64,000 nucleotides of DNA from a virus: positions 62,998 to 126,997 of IMG/VR virus record IMGVR_UViG_3300017748_000001. One strand, given 5' to 3'. Within the stretch, counting starts at the first letter, position 1. Every line of letters begins with the position of its first letter. The position numbers were made by a program, and so were the translations under genes. Shown piece after piece: positions 10,319 through 20,828 of the stretch. The notes beneath the pieces were generated by a model. The model was given only the letters and a program-made list of their open reading frames with translations, did no database searches and was not told where the DNA came from.

Positions 10319-12109
10319 CTAACTTGGTTTAGTTCGAAGGCTGGCACTGGTGCTGGAACCACCGCCGGTCTGAACGCCTCCGGTGAATTCGCCACCACCA
10401 ACTGTTACATTAGGATCTTGATACACATCCAAGAGAGTAGTCCATTCCGATACTATTGATTGATCTGCAACTTTTCTAAGTCTAAATTTAATTGTACTCT
10501 GAGACTCAGAATTGGCTATTAAGGAAAATTTTCTGAGTGACCCCAACGATTTAAAGTCACCAATGGGGCCCCCGGGCTTATACCCCGACTCATGTGTTGC
10601 ACTAATTTCATACTTCTCTCCTACGAGGGAATTCGTTTGCTCGTGCCACCTGTATGAAAAATATACAACATTTCCAGTTTCATTACTTGCTATTTGAGTT
10701 AAATCATCCCCCGCCAAGATCTTCCCTCCATCACTAACAGCATTAAGTGTTATAGTTCCATTGGATTCAAACGAAATTTCCAATCTTCCCTGAGTCCCAT
10801 AGTATCTGAATTGAAGATGGCCTAGATCGTCCGGAATGACATCTGCCGTATCTAGTGGTTCTACCACCTGTACTTCTGGAACAGCATTATCATCAGTAGT
10901 ATCTTCTATAACAGTATTTGCTGGTGGTTGTGGAGAATTCGCTCGCCATCTAGTATATGTTGACAAATCTTCAGTATTTCCAAATGCAGTTTGTGGAAAA
11001 TTGGTATAATTTACTCTGCTAGTTGCAGAGAAAGAATCTCCAGCAACTTTATCAATATACTGACTTTCTGTTAACAAACAGAAATTAACCTTTTGCATAG
11101 ATCGGATATCAGAAAAATTAAACTGAGACGCCGGAGAATTTCCAGTTTGGTCTGTTGAATATATTTGGACAAATGATATATCTTTATCAGTCCAATCGCT
11201 TACTTTGGCCATCATTGTAACTGAAATCTGACAATTAAATGAAGACTGATCAAATACAGTATCATTATTACTAAAATTTTCCCAATAATTTCTCGTATTA
11301 TCCCTGTCCCCTCTCTTGGTATCTAAACCACTGTCGTTGGCGATAGGTATGACTCTTCCACTTTTGGAATTTATATCTCTGCCACTGAATTGTCCAAACA
11401 TAGGAGTAACATCATTATCAAAGAGTTGTGGATTGCTGCCCGCATAGTCTGCGAGGTCATATGACCCCTGATTATATGTTTTTGCGCCTATAGTTATATT
11501 TCTTTGAGTGTTGCTATTGGGAATCAAATAAACATGAGATTTCTTGATATCATCTCTTACTCTAAGGAGATCAGAACTAGTATGAGAAGTAGTAAGTAAT
11601 CCTCCATTTGAAGTAGTGCCTGCAGTTGTAAAGAAAAACATATTGTTGATTGCGTTGTCGCCAGATCTTCCAAGAGAATATGTTTGAAAAGTAACAGTAA
11701 GGGGGAAATAACCATTAACAACACTTGAGTCGGAAATTAACGTATAATATTTTCCTCCATGTTTATAAACCGGACTAGCCATATAGTTCGCTTCGAATTC
11801 AGAGTTGCTCTTATTAGTTCCAGATTTAGATCTCATACCACTAAGAGTTGGACATTTAATTTTATTAATTTCCCATCCGTTTATTTGGAAGTAACAATTT
11901 CCTGTCTGATTTCTCCATTGATTGTAGGACAACCAATTTTTTCTCAAATCCGTATTATAATTCGTAGAACTAGGTAAAGAAACTTGAACAATATCTTTTG
12001 CCCACACCAAATCACTGCCGGAATAAACTTTAGATATTGAATCTCTTCCGACATAAATTTCCTTTAGGTCACTGAATGTGCCATTAGAATTTGGTACTTG
12101 TATGGGCAT
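10319..12109 (-). CDS. Putative fibre-tip / receptor-binding protein
   Basis: N-terminal LKEIYVGRDSISKVYSGSDLVW motif of the type seen on proteins that follow tail fibres; directly downstream of the 664-aa fibre. Confidence 0.5.
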   Translation of the reverse strand: MPIQVPNSNGTFSDLKEIYVGRDSISKVYSGSDLVWAKDIVQVSLPSSTNYNTDLRKNWLSYNQWRNQTGNCYFQINGWEINKIKCPTLSGMRSKSGTNKSNSEFEANYMASPVYKHGGKYYTLISDSSVVNGYFPLTVTFQTYSLGRSGDNAINNMFFFTTAGTTSNGGLLTTSHTSSDLLRVRDDIKKSHVYLIPNSNTQRNITIGAKTYNQGSYDLADYAGSNPQLFDNDVTPMFGQFSGRDINSKSGRVIPIANDSGLDTKRGDRDNTRNYWENFSNNDTVFDQSSFNCQISVTMMAKVSDWTDKDISFVQIYSTDQTGNSPASQFNFSDIRSMQKVNFCLLTESQYIDKVAGDSFSATSRVNYTNFPQTAFGNTEDLSTYTRWRANSPQPPANTVIEDTTDDNAVPEVQVVEPLDTADVIPDDLGHLQFRYYGTQGRLEISFESNGTITLNAVSDGGKILAGDDLTQIASNETGNVVYFSYRWHEQTNSLVGEKYEISATHESGYKPGGPIGDFKSLGSLRKFSLIANSESQSTIKFRLRKVADQSIVSEWTTLLDVYQDPNVTVGGGEFTGGVQTGGGSSTSASLRTKPS

Positions 12110-12115
12110 AATTTA

Positions 12116-14110
12116 CTACTCTTTGATGAAGTAAATGGTGTTTGCATCTGGAGAAGAAGGCAGAGAACTCCTTACATCTATCTTTTTACCGCCCCAAGTA
12201 CTATCATCGGGATTTCTCCATGCAGGGGTGCCACTGGAGTTAGTTTTCCAAACTTTATTATATTGGCCACTGCCGGAAGCAACATAACCTTCTCTGGCAT
12301 TTGTATTCGAATGCCAAGTATTGGTATTCACTATACTATTACTTATTACTGTTCCAATTATATTAATTCCAGTTCCAGCAGTATATGTAGTATCTGTGTT
12401 TGTAAATGATGGGCTGTATGATGTAGTAGTCCCATCCCTGTCAGTTAATGTTAGAGTGTTTCCACTCTTGGACGCTGATGCAACATATTGCTCTGGATGT
12501 GTGTCGGAGAAGTTTATGTACAGACTAGACGGTCTTCCTTCTTGTCCTAAAGTAAGAGTAGAAACTTTTACTTTTTGTGGAGATGAATCAATTCTTCCAC
12601 TCAAAGAAATGACGGAACCATCTGGAAGATTTGAAGTTCCTATTTTGCCGAGGCTTATATTATTATTGCTGTCAATACTCAGCGGAGAAGATGCTGTGTA
12701 TGTGGTATCATCATCAGTAAATGACGGAGTGTATGATGTAGTAGTCCCATCCCTGTCAGTTAATGTTAGAGTGTTTCCACTCTTGGACGCTGATGCAACA
12801 TATTGCTCTGGATGTGTATCCGAGAAGTTTAGGTATAGATGGGTCGGTCTTCCTTCTTGTCCTAAAGTAAGAGTAGAAACTCTTACTTTCTGTGGAGATG
12901 AATCAATTTTTCCGCTTAGAGAAATAACAGAACCATCTGGAAGATTTGCAGCAGTTAATTTGTCGGAGTTCTTTAAGAAGTATTCCGAACTTGTACCGTT
13001 ACTGAATTCATTTAAGTTTGTTGGAACATTTGTGGAATCCAAATCATCATAGTCTCCACTCAGAGCCACGGGATGAAGTGTTGTGGGGTCAAAGTTATAT
13101 CCAGCCTTCGCCTGAATTACCCCTATTTGAGTTTCATTTTCTTTGACCTCAGTATCCAGTGAAGAAACTGCATCACGGACATTCTGAGAATTTATGTAAT
13201 TAGTTCCAGAATAACTATGAGTATCTCCTATAGTTGCACCCAAAAATGAAGTAATAGTCGTTGCAATATTATTTAATCGATTATTGTGATCTGTAAGTTC
13301 TGTGTCATTTGAAGATATTTGTTGTTGTAGGATAGTGTCTGCCTGTGATAGAGTGCTCGCACCAGAAATTGTTCCAATATATTCTCCAGAACCGCCAAGG
13401 CCTGCGCCTGTTTGAGTTGCATCTAGTTCATTCTGAATTCTATTGGCATATGCATTTAGATTTGCGATTGCATTTGCACTGGAGTATACTTGACTATCTA
13501 GTGCCCCCAACGAGGTCTTCACCGTACTGGAAATATAATTTCCAGACAATGATATAGTTCCATTTGCTTCTGTTCCTATAGAACTTTGTGTTGTGTCTAG
13601 TTCTTGTTGAGTTGCATCCAGAGATTGATCTAATTTCTTATCCGCATCCGCAAGATTAGAAGCAGATCCAATATATCTAAGGCTGGACTGTTGAATATAT
13701 CCACCAGAACCAGTAAGACCAGAAGAAACTTCAATGGTATCAATAGCACTCTGTAGAGTATTGTCTGATGTGGTTCTTGATGATGCTTCGTTTGCAACTT
13801 GGGTGTCAGTATAATTTGTAGATGTTGTATACAAATTATTCATGGCAGTAGAGAGGTTGGAGGCACTCGTAAATGCGGAACTCAGAGAGGCAACATCTCC
13901 AATGTTTGCAGTATTAGTGTCTGTTTCGCTATGAATTTCGTTAAACGCACCTACGACAGTTTTATTGTTGGTATTTAGTCCTGCGAAATCTCCCAAGAGT
14001 GATGCCACATAAAGAGTATGCGAATTTAACTCATTGGTTTTATTCTTCCAAGTATCAAAGGTATCAGTCCTTAATACATTGTTTGTTGATGGATAATTAA
14101 ATGTTGCCAT
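12116..14110 (-). CDS. Tail fibre-like protein (trimeric coiled coil plus repeats)
   Basis: N-terminal [13 protein letters not shown], repeated SL..AD..LD.Q coiled-coil units, SGDYDDLD motif, internal 105-aa duplication, C-terminal [15 protein letters not shown]. Confidence 0.7.
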   Translation of the reverse strand: MATFNYPSTNNVLRTDTFDTWKNKTNELNSHTLYVASLLGDFAGLNTNNKTVVGAFNEIHSETDTNTANIGDVASLSSAFTSASNLSTAMNNLYTTSTNYTDTQVANEASSRTTSDNTLQSAIDTIEVSSGLTGSGGYIQQSSLRYIGSASNLADADKKLDQSLDATQQELDTTQSSIGTEANGTISLSGNYISSTVKTSLGALDSQVYSSANAIANLNAYANRIQNELDATQTGAGLGGSGEYIGTISGASTLSQADTILQQQISSNDTELTDHNNRLNNIATTITSFLGATIGDTHSYSGTNYINSQNVRDAVSSLDTEVKENETQIGVIQAKAGYNFDPTTLHPVALSGDYDDLDSTNVPTNLNEFSNGTSSEYFLKNSDKLTAANLPDGSVISLSGKIDSSPQKVRVSTLTLGQEGRPTHLYLNFSDTHPEQYVASASKSGNTLTLTDRDGTTTSYTPSFTDDDTTYTASSPLSIDSNNNISLGKIGTSNLPDGSVISLSGRIDSSPQKVKVSTLTLGQEGRPSSLYINFSDTHPEQYVASASKSGNTLTLTDRDGTTTSYSPSFTNTDTTYTAGTGINIIGTVISNSIVNTNTWHSNTNAREGYVASGSGQYNKVWKTNSSGTPAWRNPDDSTWGGKKIDVRSSLPSSPDANTIYFIKE
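12381..12948. repeat. Intragenic tandem duplication, period 315 bp
   Basis: 12415-12502 is identical to 12730-12817 (88 nt); similarity spans 12381-12633 vs 12696-12948. Confidence 0.95.
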
Positions 14111-14327
14111 GTTGTTTGCTCTCTAAAATTTTATTCAGAAGTACCTTTATTTCTGTTAACTCAGTCTTAAGACCTTCTATTTCCCTCTCTTGCGTCTCAA
14201 TCTTTTTCAATTTCTTTATGTACTTAACATACGCACCATTATCAAAATTTATTATAGCTCCAGAGTTTGGATCTCTTCTCAGAGTTCTGTCTTCTTTTAC
14301 TATCAAATACTCTTTAATATCTTTCAT
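14097..14327 (-). CDS. Small conserved hypothetical protein with C-terminal coiled coil
   Basis: [16 protein letters not shown] then heptad-like [20 protein letters not shown]; typical of the gene after DUF4815 proteins in T4-like phages (recalled, not searched). Confidence 0.7.
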   Translation of the reverse strand: MKDIKEYLIVKEDRTLRRDPNSGAIINFDNGAYVKYIKKLKKIETQEREIEGLKTELTEIKVLLNKILESKQHGNI

Positions 14328-14330
14328 GAA

Positions 14331-14338
14331 TATTTATA
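14331..14338 (-). promoter_or_regulatory. T4 late promoter TATAAATA
   Basis: Exact consensus, 3 nt upstream of the ATG at 14327. Confidence 0.75.
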
Positions 14339-17300
14339 CTAGTTCGCAAGAGCGATAATTCTTAAATCTTTCAATCTAGGCGGCATTGCAGAATTCTTAG
14401 TTCGCAACACAACCTTTATTCCAAATGATGAAAACTCACTCAATCCTTTGACATCATAATCAAATTCTGTGAATTGGTTTATACCAGTAGCCGATTGAGC
14501 ATATCCCTCCGGCCTTTCGATAAAGTCATAGTTCAATTTTCTATACTCTTGACTATCACTCGTTTTTATCTTATAATACAGGTCAACGTCTGCATCTTGT
14601 GGTCGATGCATCGAAAGAACAATTTTGAATGATGTCGCCGGTTGATTTAATTGTATTTCCTTTGTGATATACTTGGACTCCGTAGTCCCTCCGGTATTAT
14701 TTCTTTCTGATATGAAGTTGACATAATTAGAAGAAGTATCTGTAGAGTTTCCTTGCGAATCTGTCGTTGTGGTAAATATCGGGTAGTTTACTACATTGGA
14801 TATCAAAGTAGAACTAATTCTCTGAGTATCTATTACTGGAGATATATTATCCTGAGTAGAAGATAATGTCAACTTATAAACTAAAGATTTTTTCTCAAAG
14901 TTGCTACTACCAGTTCCGAAGTTATTCTCGTTGTAAGAAGAATAAACTGATCTGGGGGTATCGAAGGCAATATCTTTATTTGGAACAAAGTTAGTCCAAG
15001 AACTATCCTTGACTCCAGTTATCATATCTGAGTCCTGTGATAACCCACTAGTTGTCTTCAGTGCGTAAGTTACATTTGTCTGTGGTAGTTGTAGAGATTG
15101 AATCGTAGGAACCAATACATCAAACTTAGAGTTGACTTCGGCAGTAACTTTACCCGTTGCATCCGCAGAAGGATTAAATCTTCCAGAAGAAGCGAGAGTA
15201 GCAGCCTTTGATGTCCCTGCCACGTTATTTCCGCCAACATACCGGACATTAGTCATCAATATGTCAAATGTATGCAAAGTAGTTGCAACTACTTCATGAG
15301 TTCCATTTAATTCTGAACCCAACCAAGCATTACTTGCGTCATCTCCGCCGTATCTTGCGTTTGAATTTAGTCCCGCAATAGTAACATAATAATGAGTATT
15401 CTGTGCGGTAGATGGAATTAGATCGTGATTGCGAACATGGAACCGAACAACATCCTGACCAGCAAAGGTCTCAATAGAAGAGGGCCCAAGTTTTACTTCG
15501 TTCGCGGCAAACCCAAGTTTGTCTGTGCTACTATTTTCAAAATACAACGAAGAACTTACGTTGGTGTCGAATTGAGCCCTAAACAATGTAAACTTCATGT
15601 CTTCCATTTGTTCTGGAGCCCAAGAGGTCGATGCCGCCTTATAGAATACTCCACTATATGGTTGTTTGCTGATAGTTCCAGTTCCATCCAAAGAGTTTTC
15701 ACCAAGTCTTGCGACATGGACGCTGTAGTCCTGAGAATCCGCAAGAACGACCATCGCGTATTCTACGCCCTGTTCTATATAAACTGGTGCGTCAAATAAG
15801 AAGTTTGTTGCGAGGTTTCCATTTGAAGATGTCAATACATTAGAAGGATATAACGTCTTTCTAGTAAGAACGGTCTTGCCTGGATAACCACCAACTGTAT
15901 TTCTTAGTTCTACACTTACAGGTATGACGGAATCTTTCGATGAGAAGAAGATATTTACTGATGTGAGGAATGCTCCCCCAATCTTATCTGTCATCACAGT
16001 CTGTGCGATAGGATTGAATTGATTAGACCCTTCTCCGATCTGATTTCTTACTGAACCGTTACTTTGAACAAATTGTGAACTATATCTCTGTTGTCTCGTA
16101 GAAGTAGTAGAGTCTAACTTGGTCTTCGCGGAATACAATCCTTCTGCCTCTGTTTGAGCGAAAGCAGTGCTTGACTGTTGATCGGATAGTTTGAATATCT
16201 TATCTCCAGTTCTGAAACGCATCTGGTCTGTATTCGGGACTGCAAATATTCCTCTCAAGTTACCAGATTCATCGGTAATCAGAGTAGAACTATTAGAACC
16301 AGTTTCCAATGCAAACTTGCCGGGCGATATACCGTTTGTGAAATTCGGGCCAACTAAGAATAACGCTTGTCCGCCAGTAAATGAATTTGTGTCAATGTTA
16401 TCAATGACATAGAAATTTAGAGTGGTAGCATCAACATATTGAATTCCAACTACTCTAACTTCATGTCCCTGATTATTGACCAGAGTCATATCTCCAGTAT
16501 TATCAATAATCTCAGACTCATACGTCTGGATGAAATTATCCGCTGAGGAAACGCCAGTTACTTTGATTGTCTTTGTAGTCGTACAAAATTCAGATACTGG
16601 AGTTCCATCAAAGAATGCAAATACTCTTGTCTTGGGCTTCATGCCGGAAGCATGGAAAAATACATTCCTTTCTCTGATGAAGAATGTTCCTACAGGATCA
16701 ACCCCCTTCGGCACTCCATCGTCTTGATCATCATCCGCATCTCTTGTGAATGGAGGCCAATCTGTTGCACCTACCGAACCGGATGGACTTGAACTATCAT
16801 CTGGTTCTCTTTCGGTATCCTTCCAATCGTCTTGTTCTGGGAAGAGTTTAACAAAACCCTTGAATCCCATTATTGCGTATGGGTTTACTGAAACTGTCTT
16901 GGATGACTTTCCTTGGCCCGCGAGGATGACCGAAGTGTATGGTAACATGACCATTCCATCTTTGATATCATACAGAGTTGATTCTGTTTGATTAAATCGC
17001 ATCGGAGAGTTTTTCTGGTAATATACTGGTCGCAATTCTTTGTTTACTACATCAATTGCACAGTTATACTGAGGATCAAAGACATCTCCGATAGTATGTC
17101 CAGTGAACGGTTCTACTACGAAACCATTCTTGAATCTGTCCAGACCATTATCGTCAAGAACATCCATATCCTTTGTTTCTTTTTCTAAGAGAGACAATGT
17201 TGTATAGTATTCTACAGTCTTAATTCTCTTCTCTAGATTTCCGATATCACGCATTGTATATCGTTTGTTATCCAACATTTCTTTAACAATACTTTCAGTT

Positions 17301-20300
17301 CCAAGACTATATGGATCCGTAGCAAGTTTATAGATAACCATTCCATCATTCGGATCTTCTGGGTAATTTGGAGAAACTGAAGGTGCTCCATACTTGATTA
17401 AGAAATCGCCTTCTTTGCTCAAGTATACTTTATCTTTTCTTGGTAGATATTGACGATAATCGGCGATAACATAAGAACTATCAAGAGGGGTATTAGAAGT
17501 TGTTGATATCTGACCAAACTTTAATGGAGTCGCAAGAGACTTTTCAGTGAACAAGTCAGCGGCTACTGTTTGAGGTCTGAAGTCTAACACATCTGATAGT
17601 CTTGTTTCTTTGAATGAAGGTATCTGTGAATACAATACCCCAGAGGTAGAATGCGTATAAGAATCCGCAGAGAAATAATCCCCTCCAGTGCTATGATCGA
17701 AATATGAGTATACTATCGCAACTCTTCCTGCACATTCAGATTGACCGGGCTGAATCTTGATGTCGCCAAGATCATACATACCAGTTCTCTGGCCATTATC
17801 AAATGTGTATCTATCGGTAATATCTACAATCTTCACTGGAGCATCCGCGAACCCTGTTGGATTAACTCCAGTCTCTTCATATTCTAAGTATGCGTCAAGT
17901 GCAAATTTTAACTCAGAAGCAGTCATCTCGTTGTAGAATTTCTTCGTTCCCGCAGAGTCTATCTGATAAACAACATTAGTGACGTTACAAGTATCATACA
18001 CTGCAGTCAACTCAAATATATCAGAGTGTTCTAGTTGTAATGAAGTCAGTGCGAGAGAATTTCCTAAACCGTCAGTCGTACTTGAATTGAATACGCCTGC
18101 AGTATTATTAAGTCCGTATAGATCCCCAGCAAACCAAGTAGAAGATGGATTAGATGCGTATGATTCTATCGCAACCGAAGTTCCGTCTGTCTTTCTTCCT
18201 GCAAATGGGAATATTACTTGATCTTGTACGAGAGTTTTAGTTTTTTCTGCGGCATTTGTTTTAATTACTGGAGCATATACAATTACATTATTCCCTGCGG
18301 CTAAAGAATCTAAAGTTATTAGTGCAGTCGTTACTCTATTGTTTGCGTCAGTAGAAAGAGCTACGTTACTAGAAGTTAATTGATGTACTACGGGGACACC
18401 GCTTCCTGATGTGGGGGTATATGCAAAGTAGTACTTCTCGTTAAAAGAACCAAATACTTGATTTGAATTCGTTCCCAAGGTTAGTTCTACCTGACTTCCA
18501 GTACCACTATATGACTGTGAAATATTTTCAAATTTGATCTGAACGGTATATGAAGTATCTACACTACTGTTTCCGCTATCGTCATCAACGAATCGAATAG
18601 TCTTTACAAATTTAGAACCAGTGTCTACAACACTAGAACCCGAAGTATCAAAGATAACATTGCGAGAAACTACTCTTGCGTTATTTGCAGTAATTCCTAT
18701 GTCATGGTTCGTAGAGCCCGAGAATGCGTTTTCCGGAGATGCATCAAATTCAACTTCTCTTACAACCTCGTTACTCTCAAAGAGTCTTGGGTTTAGTTCT
18801 CCGACACCGACTGAAGAAGGGTTTCCCGATCCAAGTGTCTTAACCAAAATCTTATTTGATGTGCTGAAGTATACCACACCTCTCACATCTGAGTCCTGAT
18901 ACTCGGAGTAGATGATATTCTTGTTGCTGAAGGACGCTAGCTGGTCTACAAGGGTGTATTCTACGAGAACATTACCATTGAACAGGTTAAATGCTCCGGC
19001 GACTGACTGAGATTCTATAGACCTCAGATCGTTGAGTAAGTATTCTCTATTTGTTCTTGGGTTGATTTCCATCCTAATATCATACAGGTATACTTTATAA
19101 ATCGCACTGTCTGTATCCGAATTAGTCGGGGAAAAATTACCAGAAGAAAAATCTAAGTTTTGGTCGTGTGCGAAATGTTCGACATATCGGATTTTAGCAG
19201 TACCGATAACATCTGCGCCGATGGGGTTGTTAGAAGACCATGTGGAAAAATCTGCAGTTATTTGATTCTTGTCGTATGTAGACTTGCCTTGGCTATTAGA
19301 ACCGTCTCCTGCATTGAATTGAGGATTGTCTCCAATCTTTACATGATCATTACCATTGACATTGATATTTAATAAATCGACCGTCTGATTTGGAATAGGA
19401 AGACCCATAACATCTGTGAGGTAAACAAAATTTCCTAACTTTGTTGTAAGATATTCATTATTTTTTTGTATGTGATCTCTGGATTTCTTATAGTCTACAA
19501 ATTGAGTTACTAGAGTTTCTAATTCGTATCCTCTGACGTATGACTTGCCCGGCTCAATTCCAATCGCAAGTCTATTTCTCAAAGCAGCAACGAGACTGTC
19601 ATGAGTCTTGCCAGGATAAAATTTTGTTCCAGTCGCATCTAAGTTTTGTTCTGGATATTTCGTTCTGTCATTTGGGGTTGCAGTGTGCGCTTGCCCATTT
19701 CCGGTTGCAAGGTCAATCATGTCTGGCTCATCGAAGAAACGAGTTCTTGCCATTGACTTTGCGTCTACTTCATTTGAAAACTCAAAATCGGCAAGAGTAG
19801 AAACTCCACGATTTTCATTTTCATTCAAAAGTTCTCTGATATCTACTTCATATGGTCTTACTGTGTAATCGCCAGATTCGTCAAAAGTTCTTCTCGCAAG
19901 AGTTTCCTCAAGAACAGAATACTCAGTAGTTCTTACATGAGACTCGACAACACCATTCCTGACACTGATAAGTTCAATAAAGTTGCTTGTATCTACTTCG
20001 TCAATAGATCTCTTAGAAAATACAAGAGAAATTCGATATCTATCAGCGCCTGGCGAGTTAAAGTTTGTTGTTCCCTGTGCGTTGTCTAGAAGAGTATTGT
20101 CCATATTACTGTTGACAAATGCCTCATTGACTTGTAGACCAATCTTATAAGATGGCTTATTTGAGTATTTGTCTAGGACTATCTTTTGGTCATTGACCAT
20201 AACCAAGTGTTTCTGTAGATAATATACACCAGATTCGATAAAGGCAATAGAGCCTTTACCCGTTGGTGTATCAGAAGCAGGTTTGATTTGACACGCAAAG

Positions 20301-20803
20301 TCACTCATAGAAGAGACTGACTCTGTTGTAAGGACTTCTTCTTCCAAGAAAGAGATACTATCTCCTTCGACAAAATCTACTGAAGAGTAATCTGATATAT
20401 CAGCACCGCTGATAAATTTTACATAAAGAGTATCGGGATCATCTGCGTCAGTAGATCCAGTTGTATTTTCTGCGTGTACTACTAATGCTCGGATTCCTGT
20501 GGTAGAACCGACAATTACTCTGCCTACAAAGTCTGCGGCAGAGTTGTATGTAACTGAATTTCCTTGATTTTCTATCTTTAAAAAGGAAATATCTGTGTCA
20601 ATCGCTGACTGGCCAGGGATGATCATTGCACCTTCTTTGAAGAAGTGGTCTGATACATTCGCAATCTGTTGTTGTAAGATAGACTGAATCTGTGTCAGTT
20701 CTCTTGCTTGAACAGAGTTGCCCGGCTTGAACAGTATTTTGAGATATCCACTATTTACGTCATAGTCATCATAATATGGAGTTACATTAAAATTGGATGC
20801 CAT
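14339..20803 (-). CDS. DUF4815 / VrlC-like large virion structural protein
   Basis: N-terminal FNVTPYYDDY..ILFKPGNSVQARELTQIQSILQQQI; TLARRTFDESGDYTVRPY; RFKNGFVVEPF; C-terminal PPRLKDLRIIALA. Confidence 0.8.
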   Translation of the reverse strand: MASNFNVTPYYDDYDVNSGYLKILFKPGNSVQARELTQIQSILQQQIANVSDHFFKEGAMIIPGQSAIDTDISFLKIENQGNSVTYNSAADFVGRVIVGSTTGIRALVVHAENTTGSTDADDPDTLYVKFISGADISDYSSVDFVEGDSISFLEEEVLTTESVSSMSDFACQIKPASDTPTGKGSIAFIESGVYYLQKHLVMVNDQKIVLDKYSNKPSYKIGLQVNEAFVNSNMDNTLLDNAQGTTNFNSPGADRYRISLVFSKRSIDEVDTSNFIELISVRNGVVESHVRTTEYSVLEETLARRTFDESGDYTVRPYEVDIRELLNENENRGVSTLADFEFSNEVDAKSMARTRFFDEPDMIDLATGNGQAHTATPNDRTKYPEQNLDATGTKFYPGKTHDSLVAALRNRLAIGIEPGKSYVRGYELETLVTQFVDYKKSRDHIQKNNEYLTTKLGNFVYLTDVMGLPIPNQTVDLLNINVNGNDHVKIGDNPQFNAGDGSNSQGKSTYDKNQITADFSTWSSNNPIGADVIGTAKIRYVEHFAHDQNLDFSSGNFSPTNSDTDSAIYKVYLYDIRMEINPRTNREYLLNDLRSIESQSVAGAFNLFNGNVLVEYTLVDQLASFSNKNIIYSEYQDSDVRGVVYFSTSNKILVKTLGSGNPSSVGVGELNPRLFESNEVVREVEFDASPENAFSGSTNHDIGITANNARVVSRNVIFDTSGSSVVDTGSKFVKTIRFVDDDSGNSSVDTSYTVQIKFENISQSYSGTGSQVELTLGTNSNQVFGSFNEKYYFAYTPTSGSGVPVVHQLTSSNVALSTDANNRVTTALITLDSLAAGNNVIVYAPVIKTNAAEKTKTLVQDQVIFPFAGRKTDGTSVAIESYASNPSSTWFAGDLYGLNNTAGVFNSSTTDGLGNSLALTSLQLEHSDIFELTAVYDTCNVTNVVYQIDSAGTKKFYNEMTASELKFALDAYLEYEETGVNPTGFADAPVKIVDITDRYTFDNGQRTGMYDLGDIKIQPGQSECAGRVAIVYSYFDHSTGGDYFSADSYTHSTSGVLYSQIPSFKETRLSDVLDFRPQTVAADLFTEKSLATPLKFGQISTTSNTPLDSSYVIADYRQYLPRKDKVYLSKEGDFLIKYGAPSVSPNYPEDPNDGMVIYKLATDPYSLGTESIVKEMLDNKRYTMRDIGNLEKRIKTVEYYTTLSLLEKETKDMDVLDDNGLDRFKNGFVVEPFTGHTIGDVFDPQYNCAIDVVNKELRPVYYQKNSPMRFNQTESTLYDIKDGMVMLPYTSVILAGQGKSSKTVSVNPYAIMGFKGFVKLFPEQDDWKDTEREPDDSSSPSGSVGATDWPPFTRDADDDQDDGVPKGVDPVGTFFIRERNVFFHASGMKPKTRVFAFFDGTPVSEFCTTTKTIKVTGVSSADNFIQTYESEIIDNTGDMTLVNNQGHEVRVVGIQYVDATTLNFYVIDNIDTNSFTGGQALFLVGPNFTNGISPGKFALETGSNSSTLITDESGNLRGIFAVPNTDQMRFRTGDKIFKLSDQQSSTAFAQTEAEGLYSAKTKLDSTTSTRQQRYSSQFVQSNGSVRNQIGEGSNQFNPIAQTVMTDKIGGAFLTSVNIFFSSKDSVIPVSVELRNTVGGYPGKTVLTRKTLYPSNVLTSSNGNLATNFLFDAPVYIEQGVEYAMVVLADSQDYSVHVARLGENSLDGTGTISKQPYSGVFYKAASTSWAPEQMEDMKFTLFRAQFDTNVSSSLYFENSSTDKLGFAANEVKLGPSSIETFAGQDVVRFHVRNHDLIPSTAQNTHYYVTIAGLNSNARYGGDDASNAWLGSELNGTHEVVATTLHTFDILMTNVRYVGGNNVAGTSKAATLASSGRFNPSADATGKVTAEVNSKFDVLVPTIQSLQLPQTNVTYALKTTSGLSQDSDMITGVKDSSWTNFVPNKDIAFDTPRSVYSSYNENNFGTGSSNFEKKSLVYKLTLSSTQDNISPVIDTQRISSTLISNVVNYPIFTTTTDSQGNSTDTSSNYVNFISERNNTGGTTESKYITKEIQLNQPATSFKIVLSMHRPQDADVDLYYKIKTSDSQEYRKLNYDFIERPEGYAQSATGINQFTEFDYDVKGLSEFSSFGIKVVLRTKNSAMPPRLKDLRIIALAN

Positions 20804-20828
20804 ACTCTTTCTCTATCAATTAATTTTT

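Noticed and set aside
12381-12948. Possible diversity-generating retroelement TR/VR pair
   Set aside because: Both copies are in-frame in one ORF, the mismatches are not restricted to adenines, and no reverse transcriptase is in the window.
12321-13052. 243-aa plus-strand ORF
   Set aside because: Antisense shadow of the repetitive fibre gene; no RBS or late promoter, and V/S/L-rich composition typical of reverse frames.
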